A DNA stretch of 64,000 nt from Lepidodermella squamata (GCA_047495785.1 JBLDXI010000009.1:2356001-2420000); one strand, 5' to 3'; shown: positions 37,867-49,963, counted from the first letter of the stretch. Numbers and translations: made by a program. Notes: generated by a model not told the origin, from the letters alone.

Positions 37867-40543
37867 TTTTTTTGTTTGAAACTCAGTCACTCAATTATCG
37901 ACAATCTAAATCAGAAAATAAAACATAAACTATTTATACACTGCAAACTCAATGCCAGGACCATTTGGACATTTAGAAGACATTCCTTACTCAGCCCGGA
38001 CCAATTCGGAATAAGACTAATTAATTTAATCAAAATTGAAAAGCCAAACAAATTTCACTCGGGTCTAGCATAATATATTGACCGACTCGAGCGATAAATT
38101 ATGACAGAAGACTCTGACATAGGAAGTGGGCGATTGACATAAATTGAAGCGATGACGATGTGTATTCCCTTAGAGCGGAAGAGGCAAGTTTTTTGTTTTC
38201 GCCGATTGTGTTACAGTTTTGTTTTATGGTACAAGAAATATGAGCTACTTTTTAAGCCAAGACATGATAATAAAATTGCGCGAGATTTGTGGAAGAAAAT
38301 TCAAGTAACCAACAAGGCATTTTCGCGACAAAGGCTAATTCCGAGGCCTTCAGGAAGCGGAAATTAGGAAAAAGTACAATAAGGGAAATCGGAACACTAT
38401 AGTTAACTAGGTGTAAAGCGTAGGCTGGAAATTTGTCGAAAATCAGCGTAATAGCACCTTCGAAAAACCGCAAATCAAACTACGCTTTTAATTATCGAAA
38501 TCGAAGAGGAACATGGACTATAAAGTTCGATGGGTTTACGCTGTCATGGTTGAAAAAAATCATAGCTTCAAATTACACATCACGTAAAATACGTATTCGA
38601 AAGAAACCACGCCTACGCTTCAAGGGCATAAGAAAACGCAAATCGGCAATCAGTAGGAGTAGTCTTGAGGTTATCTATTAGGTTATTTTCGCACGCCATA
38701 GGGCGAATGAAGATGCTGTTCGAACTAATAGCGATGGACGATAGACGATAGATGGAAGTTAAAAATATATTCTTTTTCCTAGAATTTTGAGTCCGACGGC
38801 TATCTTAATATAATTGGAGAGTCTGACTCATTCTGTTTGTTCTAAGACCGTTAGAGTTCATCTTTTTATGAAGGAAAAATTAGCAGGCTAGAACCTAGAC
38901 GTTTATCCTTTCAGACTCTTCCTTAGACAAGGTGAATGACTATACATCATGATTTTTTCAGAGATGGATGCAAGATCATAAATCAAAGAAATTGAAAGAT
39001 TCGCATGTTCAAATCGTGATCAAATGTGAGAAATTGCCAGTAATGCAGGTGGGGAATTAGGATAAGATGGAATAAAGTGCGGGGTGAAATTATTACAATT
39101 CTATAATTGATGTAGGGTGTTAATCCGTAGCCTGCGTAGATCTTGTCGAAATTGTACAGAAAAATTCCCTCTAATTACTAGAATTCCTACTTTACATTTG
39201 CGTCGATTTCGCTCCTAGATCGAGCGAGATAACAGCAAGGGGCGATTTTCGCATTTTATACTGTCGAAAATTGAATTTTCATTAGCGGCGGATATAAGCA
39301 AATTTTCAGCTGATTCATCAACCAGACACTGTTGTGCAGACCTCGACCGGCGGCTTCCTGTTCAAACCTGGCTGCGAACTTCGGATGCACGTGTGAAAGC
39401 TGATATTGTAAAATTTTCCAATGGCGCAGTATTATCATCTCCCGATGTTCAATTATGGAGTATAATAAATTGAAAAATTGTGAGAAAGCAAGTCGCTACT
39501 GATGAGAAGGAAATCCCTTTGTGACATAGGAGTGACATTTTCTCGAAGCTGAAAACATCCTATCCATTACGTCTCGTTTTTCATGGCAGCAAAATTTTGG
39601 CAACAACCTACTGAGCACGACTTCGAGAAATTTTAGCTTCAAGTGAGAACTGTTGACGCAAACGTAGCATATATAGGCATTGCGGAATTCTTTACTGGGT
39701 TAAAAACCAAAAGTAAGCCACCACATTTACAAATCACAGCGGTTATTTGATCGCCTTTCGAATTATGACCTATTACGCCTCTCATCCAGACGCTAATTGA
39801 TGGTCAAAGTTGACTTTATTGCTTTATATCTCGCTGGCAGTTTATATTGTTCGATAATCGTTTTGTCGACCACGCCGATTTTTAGCCCACACTCATATGG
39901 GACACGAAAATCGATCGCTCTCCACCGCGGCGAGACGCTTTTCATTAACCATAATATTAAGACTTGTCGCGCAATTTGTCGCGATTTTTCTGGCACGATT
40001 ATTGGAGATTAAACCTGCTTATCCAGAGGCTTATATTCCGACAAAAACCCGCAATGACGTCAATAAAATGACCTTCGAAAATGACCTGATGCCAATACAA
40101 GTTCGATTAATTTTTTTTATTTCATTTTAAATTTCAGTTTCGTGAAATCATCATTCAACCAAGTCAAATTCGAGAACGAAATAAATAATAATAAACAGAG
40201 AGATGCGAGAGATTATATCGTAAATAATTTAAAAAATGAGTGGCGAGACATGCAATCTAAAACATCGATTTTTTTCAGACAGCCACACTTGTTTACAATG
40301 GTCACAGTCTACCGTATTAGGAACACGCGCTGATTTTTGCCGAAAAAATTGTTCGAGAGGGTTAAAAATCTTAACCGAAATGATTTTTCGTTGAAGAACG
40401 AACGATGAGACCAGCTCATCGAGAATACCTTTTGTTCGAATTGAAAAATTTCTAGCGGTCCAAATGTTGCGTCGAAATGTGTTGATCTCGGTAGATATGG
40501 AAAGAAAGTTGAAAAAATGAGGCTATTCAATTTTTTTTAATAA

Positions 40544-41044
40544 CTAGCAATACTCCAATAATTCTTGTACAGAACACTGATTATAACAACATTCACAGAC
40601 AACACTTTGCGCCTGCCATTCGACAGATCGCTTCAGCCGCCGTAGATTGCCGCGGCTTTTCACGAATGACCTCGCTGTTTCCATGTTATAAACCGCGTCT
40701 CGTAAAACTTTCGGAAACATCGTCACGAGGCTGGGTTGAATTTCGATCGACTGCCGATTGGCACTATTTTCTGCCATGATCTCTCGGCTGATTGATGATT
40801 GCTGCGGTTCGATGTCATTATTTTGTGTCATTTTAGTGCGGAACAGGCCTGAGCGGTGAAAATTGCTGCTTTTGCCTCGAAGTCGGCATAAATCTTTGAT
40901 GAAACGCGGCAGGCGTTCTCCACAAATTCCGTTGCGATGGAAGAAATTCTGCGGGGTCGGGCAGGTTTTCGAATAGCCGGCCTCGCTCATTGAGGCGAAC
41001 GCGACCAGAAGTGAAGCGATCGCGCCAAGTTGAAACACCTTCAT
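40544..41044 (-). CDS. Insulin-like peptide precursor 8 (8-Cys), intronless CDS
   Basis: Signal MKVFQLGAIASLLVAFASMSEA; B chain KTCPTPQNFFHRNGICGERLPRFIKDLC; RRLKR site; A chain SVEWQAQSVVCECCYNQCSVQELLEYC*. Confidence 0.94.
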   Translation of the reverse strand: MKVFQLGAIASLLVAFASMSEAGYSKTCPTPQNFFHRNGICGERLPRFIKDLCRLRGKSSNFHRSGLFRTKMTQNNDIEPQQSSISREIMAENSANRQSIEIQPSLVTMFPKVLRDAVYNMETARSFVKSRGNLRRLKRSVEWQAQSVVCECCYNQCSVQELLEYC

Positions 41045-43122
41045 AAGTCTTCGAATCGAAAGAATTTGTAAATGTCTACAGAAGAATCGGTATAATGGGT
41101 TAATAGAATCAACTGTTATGCTTATCTAGTAGTATGATGTTATCAGTTATGACTAATGAAGATGTTGACTACTACGTGAAAAACTTGTTTTGTTTCCGCG
41201 TCCTGTCGCCGGCGAAAAACAATAGCTGGGGCGCATCAATCGAAGCGCGTCGAGCAGAGTGCGTAATATTCCGATACTGTTAAATGTACGTTCTACAGCA
41301 GCTGCTTAGAAGCGTAAAAAAATTTTGATGTGATTACGATTTATAATACGACATGAAAGAGACTCTATCGAATACGGGTGCAAAACTAATCAGATACTAG
41401 ACTATTGTATCGCCCACTCGATTCGACCCGGCCTCTGCCATACAATCGAATCATTCCGATCCAAGCATAATTCATTCATAATTAGGCCCGCGTGATTTTT
41501 GAAAATTCATAAAATTAAAAAGGCACATAATTATTGTTTCAAATCAAGCGCGGCCACTTCAATTTCACGTGAGCCCCAATCCCGCAAATAAATATTTGAA
41601 CTAATTTTTTTCCGTCCAGGAATAAAATTGACGCGCATCAACCCGCGACAGAACATCTTCAAGTGTGGACACAGCGCTGAATCGAAATAGATGGCCTATA
41701 TCAAATTATGATAACGATAATTATCGCATAGAGAACGGCGGGGAGGGGGAGGTGATGTGTGCGCGTGCCTCGATGAGTTCACCCAACCGCGTATAAAACA
41801 CGATACGCAGGATGCTACAGGAAATTCGCCTAATTATTTTCAATGCTCCATCGCCGAACTTAATTTTATGAGTCCATAGTCGTGGGAACACTTCCTATTG
41901 AAAAATCTCGGAAAAGTATTACATCCATCAAGTGGAAAAGTTTATTTAGTAATACAAATGTATCCGGGATAATGGGCCGTATTCCAATTAGACAGCCGCA
42001 AGATTGCGGCAGATAATACTTAATAGCCGCTATTTTTAGACTCGTAATATGCTTGTTGAGTGATTGTTGAGGATATTGCGATGCGAATAAAAATCTATCA
42101 CAGGCCCCCTGCCATCAGCCGACCTCTCATCTCTCAAGCCGAAATAAAAACTACGCCACACTCGTGGGAGCGATTTTTTAGTTTTGCGTGGTATTTTATG
42201 CATTTTTAAGAGGCGCTTAGAATTATGAATGAAACAATCATCACATTTTTTTCACTAATGATGAGCTAGAATTCAAAAGACATCTTGCTTACTTTTCAGT
42301 ACGTGCATGATAATTACAGGCTGTAAAAACAAGTTTTTTGCAATAAAACGTCAAGATCCATTAGGCTCGATGGGTTGAAATTTCAAACGTTTCGGATCTT
42401 GAAGAGAGGAGGTATGTTGTTTACGAGCAGATATCATGGGACTGCCTTCTGGAATTCGAACACGGTGACCCGCACATGAGTAATCTCATTTTTTAACCGA
42501 CCCTTGTAATCTCATCAACGAGTGCACCGGTGACGCGAATTTGGGTTGAAATCGATAATCCAGACAAGCGGCGTTCTGAAATGAAATTTCGCCAAAAAAT
42601 GTAGGTGTTTCACGTTCGTTTTTATTTCTTGCTCCACGCTTGAACTTTCGGCAATAATTAATCAAAACAGGTAGTATGTAGTGGTTCTTCGACCTGAGGC
42701 GGTTTTCTGCTCACTCGAAAAATCGTACTCGATTCCTTTTATTATTATTATTATTATCAGTGCGGGGAAGATGAACCGGGCGCGGCAGTCACAACGAAAA
42801 TTAATTCGCGAAAGAATAATTAGCGTTGACGATATACAACGGTCAAGATTAAGGCAGGCGCAAACAACAAAATATAGCATACTATCGAACCGGCTCAAAT
42901 TTCTCTACAAATTTTCACGGCGAACTAGCTACACACAAATATTTTTCACTGCAATAAACACACGAGAAATACAATATTCAGCGAATCTGAACTCATCATC
43001 ATCATTTATTTAACGGGAATACGTCAGTTTTTCTAGTAAATTGGCTGTTGTTATTAAGAGCTCTTATTCCACTTCACTTGCCAATCACCAACAAATAAAT
43101 CGATCGTTTAAGGTTGTTAGAT

Positions 43123-45341
43123 TCACTTGAGTTTGCCAGCATCCTTCATCGCCTTGACCATGAACTCGCCGATTTTGGCCGGCGAGCGGGAGACGAGGAC
43201 ACCGGCGTTTTCCAGCGCCTTGATCTTCTCCTGAGCCGTGCCCTTGCCGCCGGAAATGATGGCACCAGCGTGACCCATGCGACGACCGGGCGGGGCGGTA
43301 AGACCGGCGATGAAGCCAACAACTGGTTTCGCGTTCGCACCCTGGAAAATGATAAAATAGTGAGCAAATTTACTCATTCCAATTTTAGCTACTCCAAATA
43401 TTATTCAAGACCTCGGTTGGTAAATAAATTACCGATAAATGCAAACAATAATTTCCAGGGAAAAGCCAACGTCCCAGAAATCAATTTCAAAAACGGGGAG
43501 AATGATTTTTTAGAAAAAATAGTTTTTCCTCTAAAACCGAACGAACCTTGTTGTGTTCTTTCAAGTAGTCAGCAGCCGCTTCTTCAGCAGTACCACCGAT
43601 TTCACCGATGAGCACGATGCCCTCGGTTTGCGGGTCCTTGAGGAAAATGTCGAGGCAGCCGATGAAGTCGGTTCCGTTGAACGGATCACCACCGATGCCG
43701 ATGCACAGCGTTTGACCGAGGCCAGCCTTCGTGGTCTGGTGTACGGCTTCGTAAGTCAGGGTACCCGACCGGCTGACGATGGCTGGAAGAATACAAATTC
43801 AGAATCTCATTTTTGGGACTTCATTATACACCTTGTAAAATTATAATTTTTCAATCATCAAATTTCTAGCGGTTTCATTTCCACGTCCCAACAATTTCTG
43901 TTTTTCTCATAAATATTCAGAGGGCCCAACCACAATTTCGAGCTTTTAGTAGCTTAAATGAAAGTAAACAAGTCACGCATGTTCTTGTGGCTGAGTCCAA
44001 TGCGATACCGCGCGCTCAATGTACGGTTTTGTTCGCTAAAAGCATAGGAGTGACATTGCAGGAGAAGAATACGACAATGTGTGGGCTTTACAGCAGACGT
44101 CGCGAAACGGACTCTCCCATCACTTACTTGCCCTCGCGAACTCCGTAAAACAAAATTAAAACACATAGCCGATCGATCCATCAAATGAGACATGTTAAAA
44201 ATACGAATGAATTCGCAGAATAAATTCAGCGTCACTACCGTTATTTTAGAAAAAATCATGTTTTTCCAAGGTCGAGTATCAACTGCTGCTAAAAAATCTT
44301 AAATTTCAAAAACACGTGGGCAAGGTGATACCTAATTTTCAAGCAAATTCTGGGAATTTCATATTTTTAAGAAAGCGATGTTTGACCATTTTAATGGTGA
44401 AATTTCAGTCGAATTTTGAAGGTAAACAACAAAGCTTTATTCTTCAATGTCTCGAATGAAAAACTATTATAGGTCACTAGTTCAAATTTGAGATTTATGC
44501 CCAAACTAATCGTCAGGTTTTGTTTTTATTCCGGGTTCGGATATGGAATGCCCTTGCAAAGTTTACCACAAAAATCGTCATTTATAAAGAAGATATGGAG
44601 AAAGTCCACTGCTTATAAACCTATAAAAAAAATTATAGTTTTATAAGCAGTGGACTTATTTTGGAAAAATTTGCTTACGTCAATTAACTGGTAAGAAAGC
44701 AAATTTTATGAGGTAAAATCCCCCATTTCCCCTCTTTCAGCGTTGCAAAACCCTAAGATTACCCGCGTCATCCCCATATTTGGTTGAAATTATCTGAAAT
44801 TATTACCAATTTTGCCGGGTTTGTGGATGTGACCAGGCATGATACCAATCTTGCATTCACCAGGCTTGATAATACCAGGGCAGTTAGGGCCGATGAGACG
44901 AGTAACAGACTGGCGCATGAGGCGATTTTTCACGCGAACCATGTCTTGCTGGGGGATACCCTCGGTGATGCAGACAACCAGGGGGATGCCGCCGTCGATG
45001 GCTTCGTGGATCGCGGCAGCGGCGCCGGGCGGGGGTACGTAGATCACAGAGGCAGTCGCGCCTGTCTTCTCGACGGCCTCACGGACGTTCTTGAAAACCG
45101 GCAAGTTCAGGTGCTTCTGGCCAGCCTTGGCCGGGTTGACACCGCCGACCATGTTCGTGCCGTATTCGATGGCTTGTTGCGTGTGAAAAGTGCCCTGCTT
45201 GCCGGTCAGACCCTGGCAGATGACCTTCGTATGCTTGCCGATCATCATGTTCTTGCGGGTGTCGGCATAGCAGGTTCGCATCGAGGTTTGAACAATCTTG
45301 CGAGCGGCAAGCATCATCGTCGAATTCATTCCCGCGGCCAT
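43123..45341 (-). CDS. SUCLG1: Succinate-CoA ligase alpha subunit, mitochondrial (3 exons)
   Basis: Motifs [69 protein letters not shown] (phospho-His). Introns 43783-44806 and 43342-43546. N-terminus resembles a transit peptide. Confidence 0.97.
44602..44657. repeat. Near-perfect 56-nt hairpin in SUCLG1 intron 1
   Basis: Arms AAGTCCACTGCTTATAAA (44602-44619) and TTTATAAGCAGTGGACTT (44640-44657), one mismatch, a further 6-bp CTATAA/TTATAG stem, and an A6 loop. Confidence 0.85.
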
Positions 45342-45701
45342 TATTGCAAAATTTATTTTTCACAACAAAACAAACACACCTACATTGAAAAAAACAAGCC
45401 AGCTTAACAATGGTGTAAAGATTTATTAAATTTTCGATTTAGCAATGATAATGAAGCAGCAACAAGTGAACAACGCGACGTGAGAAAGACTTTTTGTCAC
45501 TATCGTTTCGACTCAATCCGTAAAAAGAGATAAGAAAAATTCACAACCTTTCGATTTTTTTTCAACGGAATGTTTCCGTAATCTGGAAGATGCAAGTTAA
45601 GTATAATATGATACAAATAAATAGGCTTAAAAGACAAATTAAGAGCCGCAACCTTGCTATTTGCTCCAACCCGGAATAAAATATCAAATTTTGACAAAAG
45701 G

Positions 45702-47816
45702 CTAAAAATCCAGCAGTTGAAAAAGTTGACTATGATCAGAAGTACAAGGCTCTATCACTATTTCGACAGCATCTTCTTTCGATTGAGCACAAATGTTGTT
45801 GGCAGTTCGGGGCGGCGGTAAAGTGTTATTTTTACCGCATCTCTCGTCTCGACACATGGTCGGAAAGTGGCGGGCAACCAGGCATTTTTGCGATAAATGC
45901 GACTCGTCGACGACTAATTGCAACTGAGATGACGTCATCCCGTCCAACCACCGCCACTTGTTACTCTTCAAAATCTTCCTCATGGGCTGGTCATTTGAAT
46001 TCGACTGCGGTTTAGCTATAATAGGAGGGCAGACTGAGATAGCAACCGCTGGATTGTAAGCGGCAGACCAGGCCATACAGCCGGATCGGTCGAGAAGCAT
46101 ATCCCCTTGCCAGGTTTCGTACCAACGTTGGTAACGAGCGTTTTCACAGCGCGACAACGTTAGACACGTATATGACGTCGAATCCCCGGGTAAAACATGG
46201 GCTGGAACGTTTCGAACCGGGCTAGCTTCCCCTATCGTTACACACATTCCGCTGACAACGTGGAAGAGATGGCCAGATCGGCGGCTTCGGGACATGTAAC
46301 TTTCCAAGTTATCTTTTCCGGCCTTATCCGGCGATAATTCATCGACTGGTTTATCCAAAGTGAGTCGATGGGAATCACCCGGGTTTGCAATACTTGGAGC
46401 AGGCGGATGGTCAGGGTAGAATTTAGATAGATACCAGATGAAGGACTTGCATTTCAACTTATCTCGAAGTTCTTTACGGGATGAAACATCGCCAGCTGAA
46501 ATTCGTTTAGCCTCAGGAATTGAGTGGTAGAAATACTCTAAATAAGTCGCATCAGTCCCGTCAACCAGCCAAACCAGAGCAGTACGAAGTGCGTTAAAAG
46601 CAAACCAATAAGTCGGGTCGTTTACGCCAGGGCCAGGATGGGAAGAGATCGGAACAGGAGGCCGTCGTCGAAAAACGTGTCCAACCCGAGAACAGGGAGT
46701 AATCAACACACGTCCGCCGCACATACCAGCGCGTAAGGCTAGTTCAATGTTTTCCGCGCCCCATTCATGCATGCTTTCGTCGTAAGCACCCGTGTCGAAG
46801 AACTGCTTACGATCAACCGCAAATACACCGCCTGAGAAGGCGGGGCTTTGAATGAACTGAATTCCATCGACTTCTTCAATCATGGCATCGCCAGCGTGTT
46901 CCCACTTGAAAACCATGTCCCAGTCAAAGCCTCCTCGGATTGCAGGACTGGAACGATACGCGAATGTTTCGTCATCGATGATATCAATCACAGGAACGGC
47001 AATAGTCAGTGTCTCGCCCTTACTTTTACCATGCTGAATAATGGAAAGAAGCGGTTCTATCCAGCCAACGTTTGGTTCGGCGTGACTTTCCATAAACACC
47101 AAAATGTCACCCTTAGCTTCTCTCGCACCGGCCATACGAGCACCAACGATTCCGACATGTTTTTCAAGACGAATTATCCTAGTTTTGACAACTTGAACTC
47201 CACTTGACAACAATTCATCAATTTGGGTCCGTAGTTCACTCCGATCACTGCCATCATCTATGAGGAGAATCTCAGCAAGGATTCGCTCTGGAGTACGATG
47301 AAGAATAGACATGATAGTGCGAGCAAGTGTAACAAAGTGTTCGTTGTGAAAAGAAATGATAACTGTGATCGTTGGCAGTTGTTGACGTAACGAGTCGGCT
47401 TCGGTGTTACGGCATACCTGCGGGATTGTATCGGGAAGCTGACGAACTCTAGCGCCAATTTTCTCGCTGGCTTTCACATTAAATCCATGGGCAGAGCTTG
47501 CCAACTGCCTCGCAATATCTTCTTCGGTTTTATCATGATCATGTGGATGTTTTTCTAACCCAATACGCTGCTCGAACGCAAGATTCCTAGGAGCTGGAGC
47601 AGGTGGAGTCCATCCAGGTGGAGGTCGATGAGGATCATTCTCCCACATGTTAAAATTCGTTAGAGCCAGAAAAATTGCCATCCACAACACCGCAACGCTT
47701 AGCAACCCGACTAAAACAGGCGATGCTGAGCATCGATGGACGATAAACCATAGAATTTCACACCAGCGCGAGGGTTTCGTCGGTGACTCAGGGCGAGGCT
47801 CCTTTTTGCCCCACAT
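45702..47816 (-). CDS. GALNT: Polypeptide N-acetylgalactosaminyltransferase family protein (GT27; type II membrane, divergent ricin-type lectin C-terminus), single exon
   Basis: TM anchor; LPTITVIISFHNE, EILLIDDGS, ARMAGA, ESH (DxH position), PVIDII, RGGFDW, WGAENIEL, PCSRVGHVFR, GDVSSRKELRDKLKCKSFIWYL. Confidence 0.92.
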   Translation of the reverse strand: MWGKKEPRPESPTKPSRWCEILWFIVHRCSASPVLVGLLSVAVLWMAIFLALTNFNMWENDPHRPPPGWTPPAPAPRNLAFEQRIGLEKHPHDHDKTEEDIARQLASSAHGFNVKASEKIGARVRQLPDTIPQVCRNTEADSLRQQLPTITVIISFHNEHFVTLARTIMSILHRTPERILAEILLIDDGSDRSELRTQIDELLSSGVQVVKTRIIRLEKHVGIVGARMAGAREAKGDILVFMESHAEPNVGWIEPLLSIIQHGKSKGETLTIAVPVIDIIDDETFAYRSSPAIRGGFDWDMVFKWEHAGDAMIEEVDGIQFIQSPAFSGGVFAVDRKQFFDTGAYDESMHEWGAENIELALRAGMCGGRVLITPCSRVGHVFRRRPPVPISSHPGPGVNDPTYWFAFNALRTALVWLVDGTDATYLEYFYHSIPEAKRISAGDVSSRKELRDKLKCKSFIWYLSKFYPDHPPAPSIANPGDSHRLTLDKPVDELSPDKAGKDNLESYMSRSRRSGHLFHVVSGMCVTIGEASPVRNVPAHVLPGDSTSYTCLTLSRCENARYQRWYETWQGDMLLDRSGCMAWSAAYNPAVAISVCPPIIAKPQSNSNDQPMRKILKSNKWRWLDGMTSSQLQLVVDESHLSQKCLVARHFPTMCRDERCGKNNTLPPPRTANNICAQSKEDAVEIVIEPCTSDHSQLFQLLDF

Positions 47817-48767
47817 TCTGCGGCTGACTAAGCCAATAATATGAAATTAGAAACGCCTAGAAAGCGGAATGAGAGAATATAGAGAACTTGAACTGCTGCA
47901 TCATAGACGAGGTTTTGCAAGCATAATCCATTTGTCAACTTGCGAACCCGCTCTAAAACAGCGCGGGTATATGAAAGTTTCGAGAGTAGACTTATTCCCG
48001 ATCCCTGCCCGATCCCGCCCCATTCCTCAAGAAATCCCAAGGGTTCAGGTAGCCTTCCCGTTTTTGACATTAACAGGCATTCTAAGCTGCCTCAAGTTCT
48101 CGAGGCTCAAAGGTAAAAAGGTAGCGTGCTGCGTGCTACATGTTACATGTTACATGGGACAGAACGCGTAAGGCGCAAGGTTTTGGGTGTTAGGTGTGGT
48201 GTGTGGATCGTGGTTCAAGAGGAGGTGGCGGGTGGCGGCAAGAACTTTAAAACAGGCCGCCGCGCAACCAAAGATGCAACCCCCAACCGCAGCTACCACA
48301 ACCCCTGATAAAGTCCATCTTCATTGTAAAATAATAGTTGCCGTGATATACTTCCCTTGAAAATAATTATTGTAAATTTACCTGTTGACAATGGATATTA
48401 AATGTCGAAACGACGCGGGATCAAATTTTGATTGCTCCTTGTTTAGGTTGCTTTGGTTTTGTGGTTGGCCCGCTGTCGAGTCAAGTCCAAAGTTGAAAGT
48501 AACCAAAGCGACACGTTACAGATAAACTGGGAAACAGCGAGAATCTAGAATCGGCAATTTCCAACGGACAGGCAGCGTCCATTTTCAAGTCGAAATTGCA
48601 AAATCACAAACTGTTATCTTCGATTCTCTTGCGTGGCATGGACGTATCTCGAATCACTTTTCTTGATTTTCAAGTTAGATGTTTTGCAATTTCTACTTGC
48701 GTAGATTTTGATGATTAACCTATAATGATATGTCAACCTCTCTCATGAATAATTGCTATTAACTCGA

Positions 48768-49963
48768 ATGGGAGGCTGCTTAAGTCTTGGCACTCCGAGT
48801 TCAAGACGAAGAAGACGTAATCAGACAGATCAGAGCGGCCGTTCAGCATCTCGAAGTGATTTTTCATTTGAATGACTTTCTAGTTAATTCAGCGTTCTGG
48901 TTTATCAGGTCGCAGAAGCGTAGGCGAGATTCAAACCCAGCCGCTCAAACCTGTGAAACCCAAATGGAAAAGTGATATTCCAATCACTGATGGGCAGTTG
49001 AGATCAAAGCGAGACGAGTTCTGGGAAACAGCTCCGGCTTTTGAGGGTAGGAAAGAGATATGGGACGCTCTCAAAGCTGCAGCTGTAGCTCTGGAAACTG
49101 GCGATCATTCGTTAGCTCAGGCTATCATCGACGGAGCGAATATTCTGCTACCATATGGTTCGCTATTTGACCCGTAACTTGAATCTCACTGCTATCTAAT
49201 TTTTCACACAGGAACTTTAACTGACTGCTATGATGAACTCGGGAACCGATATCAGCTACCAGTATATGTGCTTTCATCCCCTGTCAATCTCATCGAAGAC
49301 TTATCCGGCGAATCCGAAAATACTACTGAACTTGCTGATGTCCAGCCTGGGGGCAAGGACATACTGCTTGGCATTCGACTTTCAACTGGCAAAGAGCTCA
49401 AGGTGAAATTTTTAAAATTTCTATCTGTTGTTGACTTATACATGTGTCATTTTAGTTGAAAGTGAATACTGGTGAATCAATTCATAGTCTTAAGCGGAGA
49501 ATTTTCGAGCTTGAAGGAGTTGACCCTAGCAAACAGCGTTTTCTATTTTGTGGGCATCTGCTGGTCGATCGTGATAGATTATCTGCTATTAAAATTCCCA
49601 AAGGATTCATGGTGCAGGTTGGCGGATAAACATTTTATTTATGAGATATTTCAGCATTTTCTTCCCTAGGTTATGATTGTTGAACCCATTTCGGTGCAAT
49701 CGGTGATTGCTGCAGATAGTGGCCATAGTGAAAAACCGTCACCCTCGGCTTCTGTGCTCAAAGAAAACGAAGAAGGCGAAATGCCAGAACCATGTGATGA
49801 CAGCTCAACAGTTGACGTTAACGGAATTCAGAGTGAACTAAACGATCAAAACACTGCTAATCAAGACGGATGTGAGGGTGATAATGTCGCTGTGAGTTGC
49901 AATAATGCGGGCGCAAAATGTGAAAAATCTTTGCCAGAAACTATCGAAATGAACGCGCTTTGA
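48768..49963 (+). CDS. UBTD: Ubiquitin domain-containing protein UBTD1/2 homologue (5 exons)
   Basis: MGGC N-terminus (lipidation motif); [42 protein letters not shown]; [27 protein letters not shown]; ubiquitin-like domain (RLSTGKE...QRFLFCG). Confidence 0.93.

Noticed and set aside
42435-42510. tRNA/SINE-like B-box (GTTCGAATTCC on the minus strand)
   Set aside because: No convincing cloverleaf or A-box could be built; too weak to call.
43123-45341. GC-rich SUCLG1 as a possible bacterial transfer or contamination
   Set aside because: It has spliceosomal introns and a transit-like N-terminus; the GC bias fits high expression.
43114-45407. Long plus-strand ORFs (43114-43611, 43553-43846, 44784-45407)
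   Set aside because: Antisense shadows of the codon-biased SUCLG1 exons; no independent protein signal.
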